Assembly: GCA_963769935.1 (NCBI GenBank)
Contig: CAVYNY010000010.1
Span: forward strand, 160,001 to 224,000
Reading direction: 5' to 3'
Source: an uncultured delta proteobacterium
GTDB lineage: Bacteria > Desulfobacterota > Desulfobacteria > Desulfobacterales > JAFDCJ01
Length of the DNA stretch: 64,000 bases
Part shown: positions 39,322-48,560 of the stretch, in pieces
How positions within the stretch are numbered: position 1 is the stretch's first letter
How the letters are laid out: each line of letters opens with the position of its first letter
Notes under the pieces: generated by a model
Seen by the model: the letters and a program-made list of their open reading frames with translations, nothing else
What the model was told of the DNA's origin: nothing
Database searches by the model: none
Translations under genes and position numbers: made by a program

Positions 39322-40199
39322 TGAACAAGCAGTATGCCGCCTGGCTCTTTGTTGCGCCGGCCCTGATCGTCATCTTTGTGTTTTTCGTGGCACCCGTGGC
39401 GGCCGGCTTTGGCCTGAGCCTGACCGACTTCGACCTGTATGCGCTGGCCGATATCAGGAATCTGCGCTTCGTGGGTTTGAGCAACTACTTTCAGCTGCTG
39501 CAGCGGCCCTTGTTCTGGGCCGCGCTGGGGCACACGCTCTACTTCGTCGGCGGCGGCGTGCCCATGTCGATCGTCGCATCTCTGGGCGCGGCCCTGCTGC
39601 TCAATTCGAAGCTGGCGACCTTCAAACCGTTTTTCCGAACTGCGCTGTTTGCGCCGGTGGTGGCAACCGTGGTGGCCGTGGCGGTGATCTGGCGCTACTT
39701 GTTCCAGACCCGCTATGGACTTGTGAACTATGCACTGGGCGCAATCGGCATCAGTCCTGTCGACTGGCTGGGAGATCCGCACTGGGCCATGCCGACGATT
39801 ATCCTTTTTGCCGTCTGGAAAAACTTCGGCTACAACATGATCATTTTTCTCGCCGGACTGCAGTCAATCCCCGAAGATCTCTATGAGGCGGCAAGCATCG
39901 ACGGCGCGACCGCGTGGCAGCGGTTCTGGCACATCACGCTGCCGATGCTGGGACCGACGCTGTTGATGGTCGGTATTCTTACCATGGCCGGTTATTTCCA
40001 GCTGTTCGCAGAACCCTATGTGATCACCCAGGGCGGACCACTGCAGAGTACCGTCAGCGTGCTGTATCTGATGTATGAAGACGCCTTCAAGTGGTGGAAC
40101 CTGGGGACGGCATCGGCGGTGGCCTTTCTGCTGTTCCTGCTGATGTTCACGACAACCGCCGCCCTGATGCGCCTAGCGCGCCGAGCAGGCTACGCATGA
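39318..40199 (+). CDS. Carbohydrate ABC transporter permease (MalF-like)
   Basis: LAGLQSIPEDLYEAASIDGA (EAA motif). Confidence 0.92.
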   Translation: MMNKQYAAWLFVAPALIVIFVFFVAPVAAGFGLSLTDFDLYALADIRNLRFVGLSNYFQLLQRPLFWAALGHTLYFVGGGVPMSIVASLGAALLLNSKLATFKPFFRTALFAPVVATVVAVAVIWRYLFQTRYGLVNYALGAIGISPVDWLGDPHWAMPTIILFAVWKNFGYNMIIFLAGLQSIPEDLYEAASIDGATAWQRFWHITLPMLGPTLLMVGILTMAGYFQLFAEPYVITQGGPLQSTVSVLYLMYEDAFKWWNLGTASAVAFLLFLLMFTTTAALMRLARRAGYA

Positions 40200-41017
40200 A
40201 CCCCCGTCTTGCAAAAGCTTTGATCAACGGCCTCCTGATCGGCTTCACCGCCGTGTCGCTTCTGCCGCTGCTTTGGATGCTGTCGGTCTCGTTCATGCCG
40301 CCGGGCGCCGCCGCCAACCTCCCGCCGCCGCTGCTGCCGTCGCCCGCGACGGTCGGGAATTATCGCCGGCTGTTCGCCTATGCCGGCATGGGGCGTTACT
40401 TGTTCAACAGCTTCGCTGTCGCCACCGGCGTCACGCTCATTTCCCTGGCCTTCAACTTGACGGCCGGTTATGCTTTTGCCAAGCTGCGCTTCGCCGGCCG
40501 CGAGCGCCTCTTTCAGGCGTTGATCGGCGCGCTGGTGATTCCGTCCCAGGTGGCAATGATGCCTCTGTTCCTGATGCTCAAACAAATGGGTCTTGTCAAC
40601 ACCTATGCCGGCGTGATGGTTCCCATGCTGGCCAGCGTGTTCGGAATCTTTTTGGTGCGCCAATTCGCACTCAGCATACCGGATGCAATGCTGGAGGCGG
40701 CGCGCATCGACGGCGCCGGCGAGCTGCGCATTTTCTCCCAGATTGTAATGCCGCTGCTCAAACCCATCGTCGTGACGCTGGCGATCTTCACCTTTATGGC
40801 TAGTTGGAACGACTTTATGTGGCCGCTGATCGTTCTGACCGGACAGCAGCACTATACGCTGCCCGTTGCCCTGGCGGCACTGGCGCGCGAACACGCCCAG
40901 GACACCGAGCTGATGATGGCCGGTTCAGTGGTGACTATATTGCCGGTGCTGCTGCTGTTCCTGGCTCTGCAGCGCTATTACATCCAGGGAATGCTGCTGG
41001 GAAGCGTGAAGGGTTGA
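40196..41017 (+). CDS. Carbohydrate ABC transporter permease (MalG-like)
   Basis: AGYAFAKLRF, LEAARIDGA and WNDFMWPL. ATG at 40196 overlaps the upstream stop. Confidence 0.92.
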   Translation: MNPRLAKALINGLLIGFTAVSLLPLLWMLSVSFMPPGAAANLPPPLLPSPATVGNYRRLFAYAGMGRYLFNSFAVATGVTLISLAFNLTAGYAFAKLRFAGRERLFQALIGALVIPSQVAMMPLFLMLKQMGLVNTYAGVMVPMLASVFGIFLVRQFALSIPDAMLEAARIDGAGELRIFSQIVMPLLKPIVVTLAIFTFMASWNDFMWPLIVLTGQQHYTLPVALAALAREHAQDTELMMAGSVVTILPVLLLFLALQRYYIQGMLLGSVKG

Positions 41018-44000
41018 TGCATATGAAATTGAACTTAACGGAAGCAAGGCTTCGCACACCGGCCTGCCAGACTATGCCCCTACTGATGCCGTTCAAGCGG
41101 GCCGGTGGGATGTGCGCGTTTATGGCCTCGGCCCTGTTGGCCCTGCTTTTTGCTGCAGCGCCGGCACTTTCTTCGGCCAATGAAGGCCCATCGCGTCTGC
41201 TGGACGGTTTCGACAATGTAAAGGTATGGCGTGTCAGCAGTTCCGACGACGTCGATGCCACGCTGGGCGCCGATCACGGCGCGATCCGCCTGGATTTTGA
41301 TTTTAATGGCGTCTCCGGTTTCGCTTCTTTGCACCGCGAGCTGCCGCTCAGTTTCAGCGGCAATTACGCGCTGTCGTTGCGAGTGCGCGGCGAATCTCCG
41401 GTCAACACGCTGCAAGTGAAGTTGATCGACGCCAGCGGTGACAACGTCTGGTGGATCAACCGGCCGGATTTCAGTTTCAACGGCCGGTGGCAGACGGTTC
41501 GCGCCGAACGGCGCCAGATCGAATTCGCTTGGGGGCCGACCAAAGAGCGCACACTGAGCAAGACGGCGGCACTGGAAATCACCCTGGCAGCGGGCAAGGG
41601 CGGCCGCGGCCGAATCTGGCTCGACGATCTGCGATTCGAACAACTGCCGCCTCCGCGCACGACCTGGCCGGTGCCGGTGGTGCGGGCCTCTTCAGAGCTG
41701 CCGCAGGCAGCCGCCGCCAAGGCCTTGGATGGGATAGCCGCCACCTCCTGGCGCAGCGATCCCACCAAAGGCCCCCGGCAGAACCTGGAAATCGATTTCG
41801 GCGCGCCGCGTCCGTTCGGCGGCCTGCTGCTGCACTGGTTGCCGGGCCGGGAGGCCGCGCGCTATGCCGTGCAGTTTTCAGACGATGGTTTCAACTGGCG
41901 AACCGTGCTCCGCGTGACCGACGGCAACGGCGGCGAGGACCCGCTGCTGCTCACAGAATCATGCACCCGCTATGTGCGCCTGGCTTTGGAGGACGGACCG
42001 GCACAGGCTTATGACTTGTCCGAGGTCGAAGTCAAAGACCTGGCATGGGGTGCCTCGCCCAACCGATTTTTCGAAGCATTGGCGAAAACCCGGCGCCGTG
42101 GTCTTTATCCGCGGGGCTTTTCCGGCGAGCAATCGTATTGGACCGTCGTTGGAGTCGACGGCGGCGGTGCAGATTCGGCGCTGATTTCCGAAGACGGGGC
42201 AGTGGAGTTGGGAAAGGGTGGATTCTCGATCGAACCCTTCCTGATGGCGGACGGTCGTCTGTTGACCTGGGCCGATGTTTCCGTCGCCCATGCGCTCAAA
42301 GACGGCTGCCTGCCGATTCCAAGCGTAATTTGGAAGACGCCGGATCTGACGCTCAGCATCGAGGCCTTCGCCGCCGGCGATCGTGTGAATTCACATTTGC
42401 TGACAAGCTATACGGTCCAAAACCGCACGGGCGCCGCCCGTGACGTCACACTGGTGCTGGCATCCCGCCCGTTCCAGGTGAACCCCCCGACCCAGTCCCT
42501 CAATACGCCCTCCGGCGTCAGTCCGATCCACAAGCTGGCCTGGAGCGGCAGCGCACTAGAGGTCAACGGCAGGCCGCGTGTGTTTCCTCTGCAGAAGCCG
42601 GACGCATTCGTTGCCGGCAGCTTCTTCGCCGGGGATGTGGTCGCGAGGCTCGCTGCGGGTGAGCCTCCATGCACGTCATATGCGGTCGACGGCTTCGGAT
42701 ACGGCTCCGGCGCCATGCTGTTCCATTTGGCCTTGCCCGCCTATGGCCGGAGCAGCGTCAATTTTCTGGCGCCCCTCTCGGGTGCCCTTCCAGCGCTCGA
42801 TGGCGCACAGCACAACCCGGAGGCCTGGACCGCGCAGGAGCGCGATGCCGTCGTTGCGCAATGGCGCGCCAAGCTGAACCAGATCGGCCTGCGTCTTCCA
42901 GAGTCAGCGCAGGCGATCGCCGACACGCTGCGTACCTCGCTGGCTTACATCCTGATTTCACGAGACGGCCCGGCGCTGCAGCCGGGCACGCGCTCTTATG
43001 CCCGCACCTGGATCCGTGACGGTGCGATGATATCCGAAGCCCTGTTGCGCATGGGACGCACCGAGGTCGTGCATGACTTCATTGGCTGGTATGCACAGCA
43101 TCAGTTCAAAAGCGGCAAGACGCCGTGCTGCGTGGATGCGCGCGGGTCCGACCCGGTGCCGGAAAACGACAGCCCCGGCGAGTTTATCTTCACGGTCGCC
43201 GAACTTTACCGCTTCACCCATGACCGTGCTGCTCTAAAAAGGCTATGGCCCCATGTGATGCGGACTGTCGACTACATGGAACACTTGCGCGGCGCAGAGG
43301 GTGCGCCGGCCGACCGTGCGTCTCAGCGACGCGCGTACTACGGCTTGATGCCGGCTTCGATCAGCCACGAAGGCTATGCGGCTAAACCAGTGCACTCCTA
43401 CTGGGATGACTTCTGGGCCCTGAAGGGTTATGACGATGCCGTGGATCTGGCCCGCGCTCTGGGCGAGCCCGGCGAGGCCGAACGCATGGCCGCGGCCCGC
43501 GACCGATTCCGCAGCGACCTGCTCGCCTCGATTCGCACCACGGTCAAACAACATGATATCGATTATTTGCCCGGCTCCGCCGAACTGGGCGACTTCGACG
43601 CCGCCTCAACCGCCATAGCGTTTTCGCCCTGCGGAGAGCAGGATTGGATTCCGCAGGGCCTGCTGGATAACACTTTCGCGCGCTACTGGCGTGAATTCAC
43701 CGCCCGCCGCGAGGGCCGCACCGACTGGGATGAATACACGCCATATGAGCTGCGTACGCTGGCGGCCTTCATCCGCCTGGGGCGGCGCGATCGCGTGCAA
43801 GCGCTGCTAGGATTTTTTCTGGCCGACCGCCGCCCGGCCCCATGGAACGGTTGGGCCGAGGTCGTGCGCCGGGACCCGCGAAAGCCCGGCTTCGTCGGCG
43901 ACATGCCTCACGCCTGGATCGCGTCGGACTATATTCGCTCGGTCCTCGATATGTTTGCCTATCAACGCTCCAGGGACGGCGCGCTGATTCTGGCCGCAGG

Positions 44001-44283
44001 ACTGCCGACCGCATGGCTTGAGGGCGAGGGCGCCGGCATCTCAGGCCTGCGCACGCCGTGGGGCCGGCTGGACTATAGGCTTTGGCGCGAGGCGGATCAT
44101 CTGCGCCTGTGCCTGGATGCGGAGGCGCTGCCGCCGGGCGGCTTCGTCATGAAGTGGCCATACGGCGGAACTCCCGGAGAGGCGCACATCAACGGCCAGG
44201 CGGTGTTGTGGCACGGCGGCGAATTGCACATTGATGCCGCGCATGCGGAAGTGATCATTGAGGCACCGCACGGCGCAGCATGA
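41017..44283 (+). CDS. Large exported protein: carbohydrate-binding-like domain, F5/8 type C (discoidin) domain and (alpha/alpha)6 glycosidase-like domain
   Basis: Signal (LLFAAAPALS); discoidin pattern ALDG...SWRS...LEIDFG...YAVQFSDDGFNW; C-terminal YARTWIRDG, HSYWDDFW and GDMPHAW. Confidence 0.8.
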   Translation: MHMKLNLTEARLRTPACQTMPLLMPFKRAGGMCAFMASALLALLFAAAPALSSANEGPSRLLDGFDNVKVWRVSSSDDVDATLGADHGAIRLDFDFNGVSGFASLHRELPLSFSGNYALSLRVRGESPVNTLQVKLIDASGDNVWWINRPDFSFNGRWQTVRAERRQIEFAWGPTKERTLSKTAALEITLAAGKGGRGRIWLDDLRFEQLPPPRTTWPVPVVRASSELPQAAAAKALDGIAATSWRSDPTKGPRQNLEIDFGAPRPFGGLLLHWLPGREAARYAVQFSDDGFNWRTVLRVTDGNGGEDPLLLTESCTRYVRLALEDGPAQAYDLSEVEVKDLAWGASPNRFFEALAKTRRRGLYPRGFSGEQSYWTVVGVDGGGADSALISEDGAVELGKGGFSIEPFLMADGRLLTWADVSVAHALKDGCLPIPSVIWKTPDLTLSIEAFAAGDRVNSHLLTSYTVQNRTGAARDVTLVLASRPFQVNPPTQSLNTPSGVSPIHKLAWSGSALEVNGRPRVFPLQKPDAFVAGSFFAGDVVARLAAGEPPCTSYAVDGFGYGSGAMLFHLALPAYGRSSVNFLAPLSGALPALDGAQHNPEAWTAQERDAVVAQWRAKLNQIGLRLPESAQAIADTLRTSLAYILISRDGPALQPGTRSYARTWIRDGAMISEALLRMGRTEVVHDFIGWYAQHQFKSGKTPCCVDARGSDPVPENDSPGEFIFTVAELYRFTHDRAALKRLWPHVMRTVDYMEHLRGAEGAPADRASQRRAYYGLMPASISHEGYAAKPVHSYWDDFWALKGYDDAVDLARALGEPGEAERMAAARDRFRSDLLASIRTTVKQHDIDYLPGSAELGDFDAASTAIAFSPCGEQDWIPQGLLDNTFARYWREFTARREGRTDWDEYTPYELRTLAAFIRLGRRDRVQALLGFFLADRRPAPWNGWAEVVRRDPRKPGFVGDMPHAWIASDYIRSVLDMFAYQRSRDGALILAAGLPTAWLEGEGAGISGLRTPWGRLDYRLWREADHLRLCLDAEALPPGGFVMKWPYGGTPGEAHINGQAVLWHGGELHIDAAHAEVIIEAPHGAA

Positions 44284-44386
44284 TTTTACCCTCTCAATTT
44301 TTTACCTTCCCGCATTTTCTCATTTCTTTTGCGATGGAATTGGACTTGAAGCCCCGTGGTTCCATCAGTGAGGGCGGCTTGGCGAA

Positions 44387-45742
44387 TTAAATCGCATTCA
44401 GCGCCTGGCCGTTTGTGGCGACAATGCGCTGATAGAGATCGGCGGAGCCTTTGCGCGTTCGTTTCTGCGTGGCGAAATCGACGTGTACCAGACCGAAGCG
44501 CCTGGAGTAACCCAGCGACCATTCCAGGTTGTCCAGCAGCGACCAGACAAAATAGCCGCGCAGGTCCACGCCGGCCTTTATCGCCGCATGTGCGGCTTTC
44601 AAGTGCTTCTTGAGATAGCTCTGGCGCAGCGGATCCTCCAGCCTGTCGTTTTCCGCCTTAGGCGGGTCATAGAACGCCGCACCGTTTTCAGTGACGTATA
44701 TGACCGGATTGCCGTAATTGTCCCTCAGCCAGACCAGCGCGTCCGTCAGCCCTTGTGGATAGACTTCCCAGCCCGTTTCAGTGTAAGTCGCCCCGGGCTG
44801 CCGCACCGGCAATGCCTTCAGCGGGTACTGGTCGGGATCGTGGCGGACGACGGCGCGGGTGTAGTAGTTGAGTCCGATGAAGTCGACGGGCCGGCGGATC
44901 ATTGCCAGGTCCTCGGCCGGCCATTCGGGCCAAGCCTCGCCGAAAACCGCCTTCAGCTTGTCCGGATAGCGTCCGTGGAAGATCGGATCCAGGTATTGCC
45001 GGTTCATGTAAGCGTCGGCCCGTTCGCAGGCTGCCAGATCTTCGAGTGAGTCGGAGGCCGGAACCTTCGGCTCGATGTTTACAACGATGCCGATTTGGTG
45101 CCTGCCCGACGCGCGGTACACCTGCACCGCCCGGCCGTGGGCCCGCAGCAGGTTGTGGGACACGATGGGCGTCTCGAAAAGATTGCGGTGGCCCGGTGCC
45201 AGGGTTCCGTGCAGGTAGCCGCCGTCGGCAACCACCCAGGGCTCATTGAGCGTGGCCCAGAACTGCACACGGTCGTCGAGCTTGTCGAAGCACGCGCCGG
45301 CGTAGTCGGCAAACCATTCGACAATGTCGGGGTTAAGCCAGCCACCGCGGTTGTCCAGCGCTTCGGGCAGGTCCCAGTGGTAGAGCGTGGCCATCGGAAC
45401 GATGCCGTGCGCAAGCAAGACGTCGACCAGCCGGTCGTAGAATCCCAAGCCCTGATCGTTGATCCTGCCCGTGCCTTCAGGCAGCACACGCGCCCAGCCG
45501 ATTGAGAAACGGTAAGCCTTCAAGCCCAGATCGGCCATCAGCCGGACATCGTCCTCCATGCGGCGGTAATGGTCGCAGGCGACATCGCCGGTGTCGCCGT
45601 TGTAAGTCATTCCCGGTGTATGGGAGAAGCGCCGCCAGATGCTGGGCCCGGCGCCGTCGGCGAGTGGCGAGCCTTCGATCTGATAAGCAGCGGTAGCACA
45701 GCCCCAGAGAAATCCGCCGGGAAATTGAAAGGTCATGGTCAT
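44387..45742 (-). CDS. GH1 beta-glucosidase
   Basis: FLWGCATAAYQIEG, TLNEP (acid/base), VTENG (nucleophile) and WSLLDNLEW. No signal peptide. Confidence 0.95.
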   Translation of the reverse strand: MTMTFQFPGGFLWGCATAAYQIEGSPLADGAGPSIWRRFSHTPGMTYNGDTGDVACDHYRRMEDDVRLMADLGLKAYRFSIGWARVLPEGTGRINDQGLGFYDRLVDVLLAHGIVPMATLYHWDLPEALDNRGGWLNPDIVEWFADYAGACFDKLDDRVQFWATLNEPWVVADGGYLHGTLAPGHRNLFETPIVSHNLLRAHGRAVQVYRASGRHQIGIVVNIEPKVPASDSLEDLAACERADAYMNRQYLDPIFHGRYPDKLKAVFGEAWPEWPAEDLAMIRRPVDFIGLNYYTRAVVRHDPDQYPLKALPVRQPGATYTETGWEVYPQGLTDALVWLRDNYGNPVIYVTENGAAFYDPPKAENDRLEDPLRQSYLKKHLKAAHAAIKAGVDLRGYFVWSLLDNLEWSLGYSRRFGLVHVDFATQKRTRKGSADLYQRIVATNGQALNAI

Positions 45743-45978
45743 TGAAGAAACCCTCTGCGGGGCGGTCGCAAGCAACTGCCAGGCATGTTAGTCAAAGGCT
45801 GCAGGATTGGCAATGTCCGGCAGCCATGGTATATTTCATCATTAATCATTTCTTCTGGGCTGATTTTTCCGTAACAAGCTGCACCAAGTCTTCTACAGCC
45901 CCTATCGAGCCGGACTATAAAATCTTTGGCGACCCGAATGCTGAAACAAGCGATGAGATCCGGCTTCGGAGCCATAGC

Positions 45979-48105
45979 TCAGAATCCATAGGGAAGGGCC
46001 GGAGCGGCCTGAAGCGAAAGACCCCACATTTTAGCCAAGGTTTCGTCGGAAATCGCCCATACCGCTTTATGGAGAGATGCCAGAACGGAAGCATCATTCA
46101 GGAGCTGCATTTTTTCCGACGCCGTAAGCATATCCGGGCCGAAAGAAAGTGCCTTTTCTGCCAACTCCTGCCGTCTCCTGATAATCGCTGGGGAGTACCG
46201 TCGCTTTTTTCGCAACAATGTCAGGTGTAAGCAATGAACGCGGGGGTCAGCAACCGCTCTGACAAATCCCTGTGCCTTACGAATTGACAGTGGCGAAGTA
46301 GACGATCGATATCCTTGCTCGTAGCTGTGTACCCAACCCTGTTCGCGGGGCGGCGTTGTCTCCTCAGGGGTGAGGAGCAGTCCAAGTTTTCGAAATCTTC
46401 CGCCGATCGAGGAACGACTGGACCAAACCGATAATGGAACCGAGACGATCAGGGCAACCAGAATCGGCGTAAGCCACCACAAGAAAGAGGGATTGGTTAG
46501 CAAAACAGCGATGCTCCAGATAAACCCAAGGGCCATTCCCGTGCCATGTAAACGCAATGCCTCGAACCAGGAGGTACCAGGATCTTTTCTTTGTTGTGTG
46601 CTCCAGCCAACCTGCCGGCCGATGAGGATGCTGAAAACAAACTTACTATGAAAAAGCATCCTAATTGGTGCCAGGAGGGCCGAAAGAATCACCTCAACCA
46701 TCGTACTGAAAAAGAGTTTGAAGATGCCACCAAATTCTGCTGCCCGCCGCTGTTTGAATGCAATGATCGGTATGCTCAGGAGCTTGGGCAAAAATAGCAG
46801 AATGGCGGTGGAAATTCCAAGCGTGATGGCCCACCCCGGATTCCAGACCGGCCAGTCGGGAAACAGGGTGCGTCCAGCAGGAAAGTATGTGGGCGGCACA
46901 AGGGCCTCATAAATGGCCTCGGCCGTGCTCAAGGCAAGAAAAAGAAACCACAAAAGCCCGGACACATAAGCCATCGCACCTGCAAGGAACAGCCCGCGGT
47001 GAGCAGGAAAGATGCCCTTGGTAAACAGGAGCCTCAGGTGCTGTACGTTTCCCTGACACCATCGCCGGTCGCGCTTTAACTCCTCCATGAGCGTGGGCGG
47101 AAATTCCTCATAGCTTCCCCCCAAATCATAGGCCAGCCACACGCCCCAACCCGCTCTGCGCATGAGGGCGGCTTCAACAAAATCGTGGCTGAGAATATCA
47201 CCACCCAGGGGCGGATTTCCCGACAATCTGGACAATCCACAATGCTTCATGAACGGTTCAACGCGAATGATGGCATTGTGCCCCCAATATTGAGCGTCGC
47301 CAAGCTGCCAGAAATGCATTCCTGCTGAAAACATTGGGCCGTAAAGATGATTGGCAAACTGCTGCAGCCGGGCAAACAGGGTTTTGGCGTTGATTGCTCT
47401 TGGAGCGGTTTGAAGAATACCGATGGTCGGACGATCTTCCATGACCGCTACCATTTGAAACAAGGTAGCGCCGGACATGATGCTGTCAGCGTCAAAGACA
47501 ATCATGTAGCGGTATTTATATCCCCATCTTCGACAAAAATCGGCAATATTGCCGCTCTTGCGTTTGACGTTGACGCGGCGGTTTCGATAAAAGATGCGAT
47601 CCCGCTCCCCTACCACTCGTAATAGCTCATACCAAGCGGCTTCTTCTTCAACCCATTTATCCGGGTCGCTGGAATCGCTGAGGATATAGAAATCAAACAA
47701 CTCGAGGTGACCGGCCTGCTGAAGGGATCGATACACGGCATACAAACCGGCGAAAACTCGACCAACCGTTTCGTTATAGACGGGAATCAAGATAGCGGTA
47801 CGCGCCTGATCGGAAACCGAAATCGCGGTTTTCTCACCTTGTTTTGCGGCGATGAAACTGTCATAACGGCACAGCAGTGAAAAAAAACCGGCTATACCCG
47901 CCCAAAACCCTATTGAAATCCAGGCATATAGCATGGCAAAGAAAAGCACGAGCAAAAACTCCGATACGGCAGCGCCTCTTTGGGGCAGCACCCGCGCCAT
48001 AAAGCCGCTCGCGATAAAGGTGGGAATCAAAATCAGGCACAACAAAAGAACGCGGCGTCGCGAAGCCACCTTTTCCCACGTCTTATGGAGAAACTCGCGC
48101 GCCAT
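45979..48105 (-). CDS. opgH: Osmoregulated periplasmic glucan glucosyltransferase H
   Basis: RKSGNIADFCRRWG, FDADS, YWGHNAIIR, LSHDFVEAA and RDRRWCQGN. Confidence 0.95.
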   Translation of the reverse strand: MAREFLHKTWEKVASRRRVLLLCLILIPTFIASGFMARVLPQRGAAVSEFLLVLFFAMLYAWISIGFWAGIAGFFSLLCRYDSFIAAKQGEKTAISVSDQARTAILIPVYNETVGRVFAGLYAVYRSLQQAGHLELFDFYILSDSSDPDKWVEEEAAWYELLRVVGERDRIFYRNRRVNVKRKSGNIADFCRRWGYKYRYMIVFDADSIMSGATLFQMVAVMEDRPTIGILQTAPRAINAKTLFARLQQFANHLYGPMFSAGMHFWQLGDAQYWGHNAIIRVEPFMKHCGLSRLSGNPPLGGDILSHDFVEAALMRRAGWGVWLAYDLGGSYEEFPPTLMEELKRDRRWCQGNVQHLRLLFTKGIFPAHRGLFLAGAMAYVSGLLWFLFLALSTAEAIYEALVPPTYFPAGRTLFPDWPVWNPGWAITLGISTAILLFLPKLLSIPIIAFKQRRAAEFGGIFKLFFSTMVEVILSALLAPIRMLFHSKFVFSILIGRQVGWSTQQRKDPGTSWFEALRLHGTGMALGFIWSIAVLLTNPSFLWWLTPILVALIVSVPLSVWSSRSSIGGRFRKLGLLLTPEETTPPREQGWVHSYEQGYRSSTSPLSIRKAQGFVRAVADPRVHCLHLTLLRKKRRYSPAIIRRRQELAEKALSFGPDMLTASEKMQLLNDASVLASLHKAVWAISDETLAKMWGLSLQAAPALPYGF

Positions 48106-48115
48106 CTTCAGTTCC

Positions 48116-48550
48116 TTACCTGGATCTCGATTCTTTAAAACGGTTTAAAAGATCTTTGAGCAGAGAAAGCCAATGCGCAGATTCCATCCCTTCGGCAACC
48201 ATGGAAAGTCGGTGAAGGGCGGGCGCAGGAGGGATGTCGCATTCACACCATGCGGCCAGGGAATGGTTGTGGTCAAACACGGCAGGTTTTTGTTCGCTTA
48301 ACAGCTCATGTAGTGCTTGCATGGCCTCGCCAACCGGACTGTTTGCGGAGCCTGGTTCTATACTTCGCTCCGCTGCTTTGAGAGCTCCCAGAGCAAGCTC
48401 AAGGGCTTGCGGTGCGGGAAAATTCAGACAACGCAGGTACAGCAATACTCTGTCTCCAGCCGTTTGCCAGTACCGATCCGCTTCACTTCTTATTCCAGCT
48501 TCATTTTTCGCAATTGTCTTTTCTGCAGGTGAATCATGGATGTTCATCAC
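48116..48550 (-). CDS. Hypothetical protein between opgG and opgH, possibly a detached OpgH N-terminal region
   Basis: Tight operon spacing; the PPAPALHRLSM motif recalls the P-x4-R-x-SM segment before TM1 of long OpgH proteins. Confidence 0.6.
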   Translation of the reverse strand: MMNIHDSPAEKTIAKNEAGIRSEADRYWQTAGDRVLLYLRCLNFPAPQALELALGALKAAERSIEPGSANSPVGEAMQALHELLSEQKPAVFDHNHSLAAWCECDIPPAPALHRLSMVAEGMESAHWLSLLKDLLNRFKESRSR

Positions 48551-48560
48551 TTACCCTATC

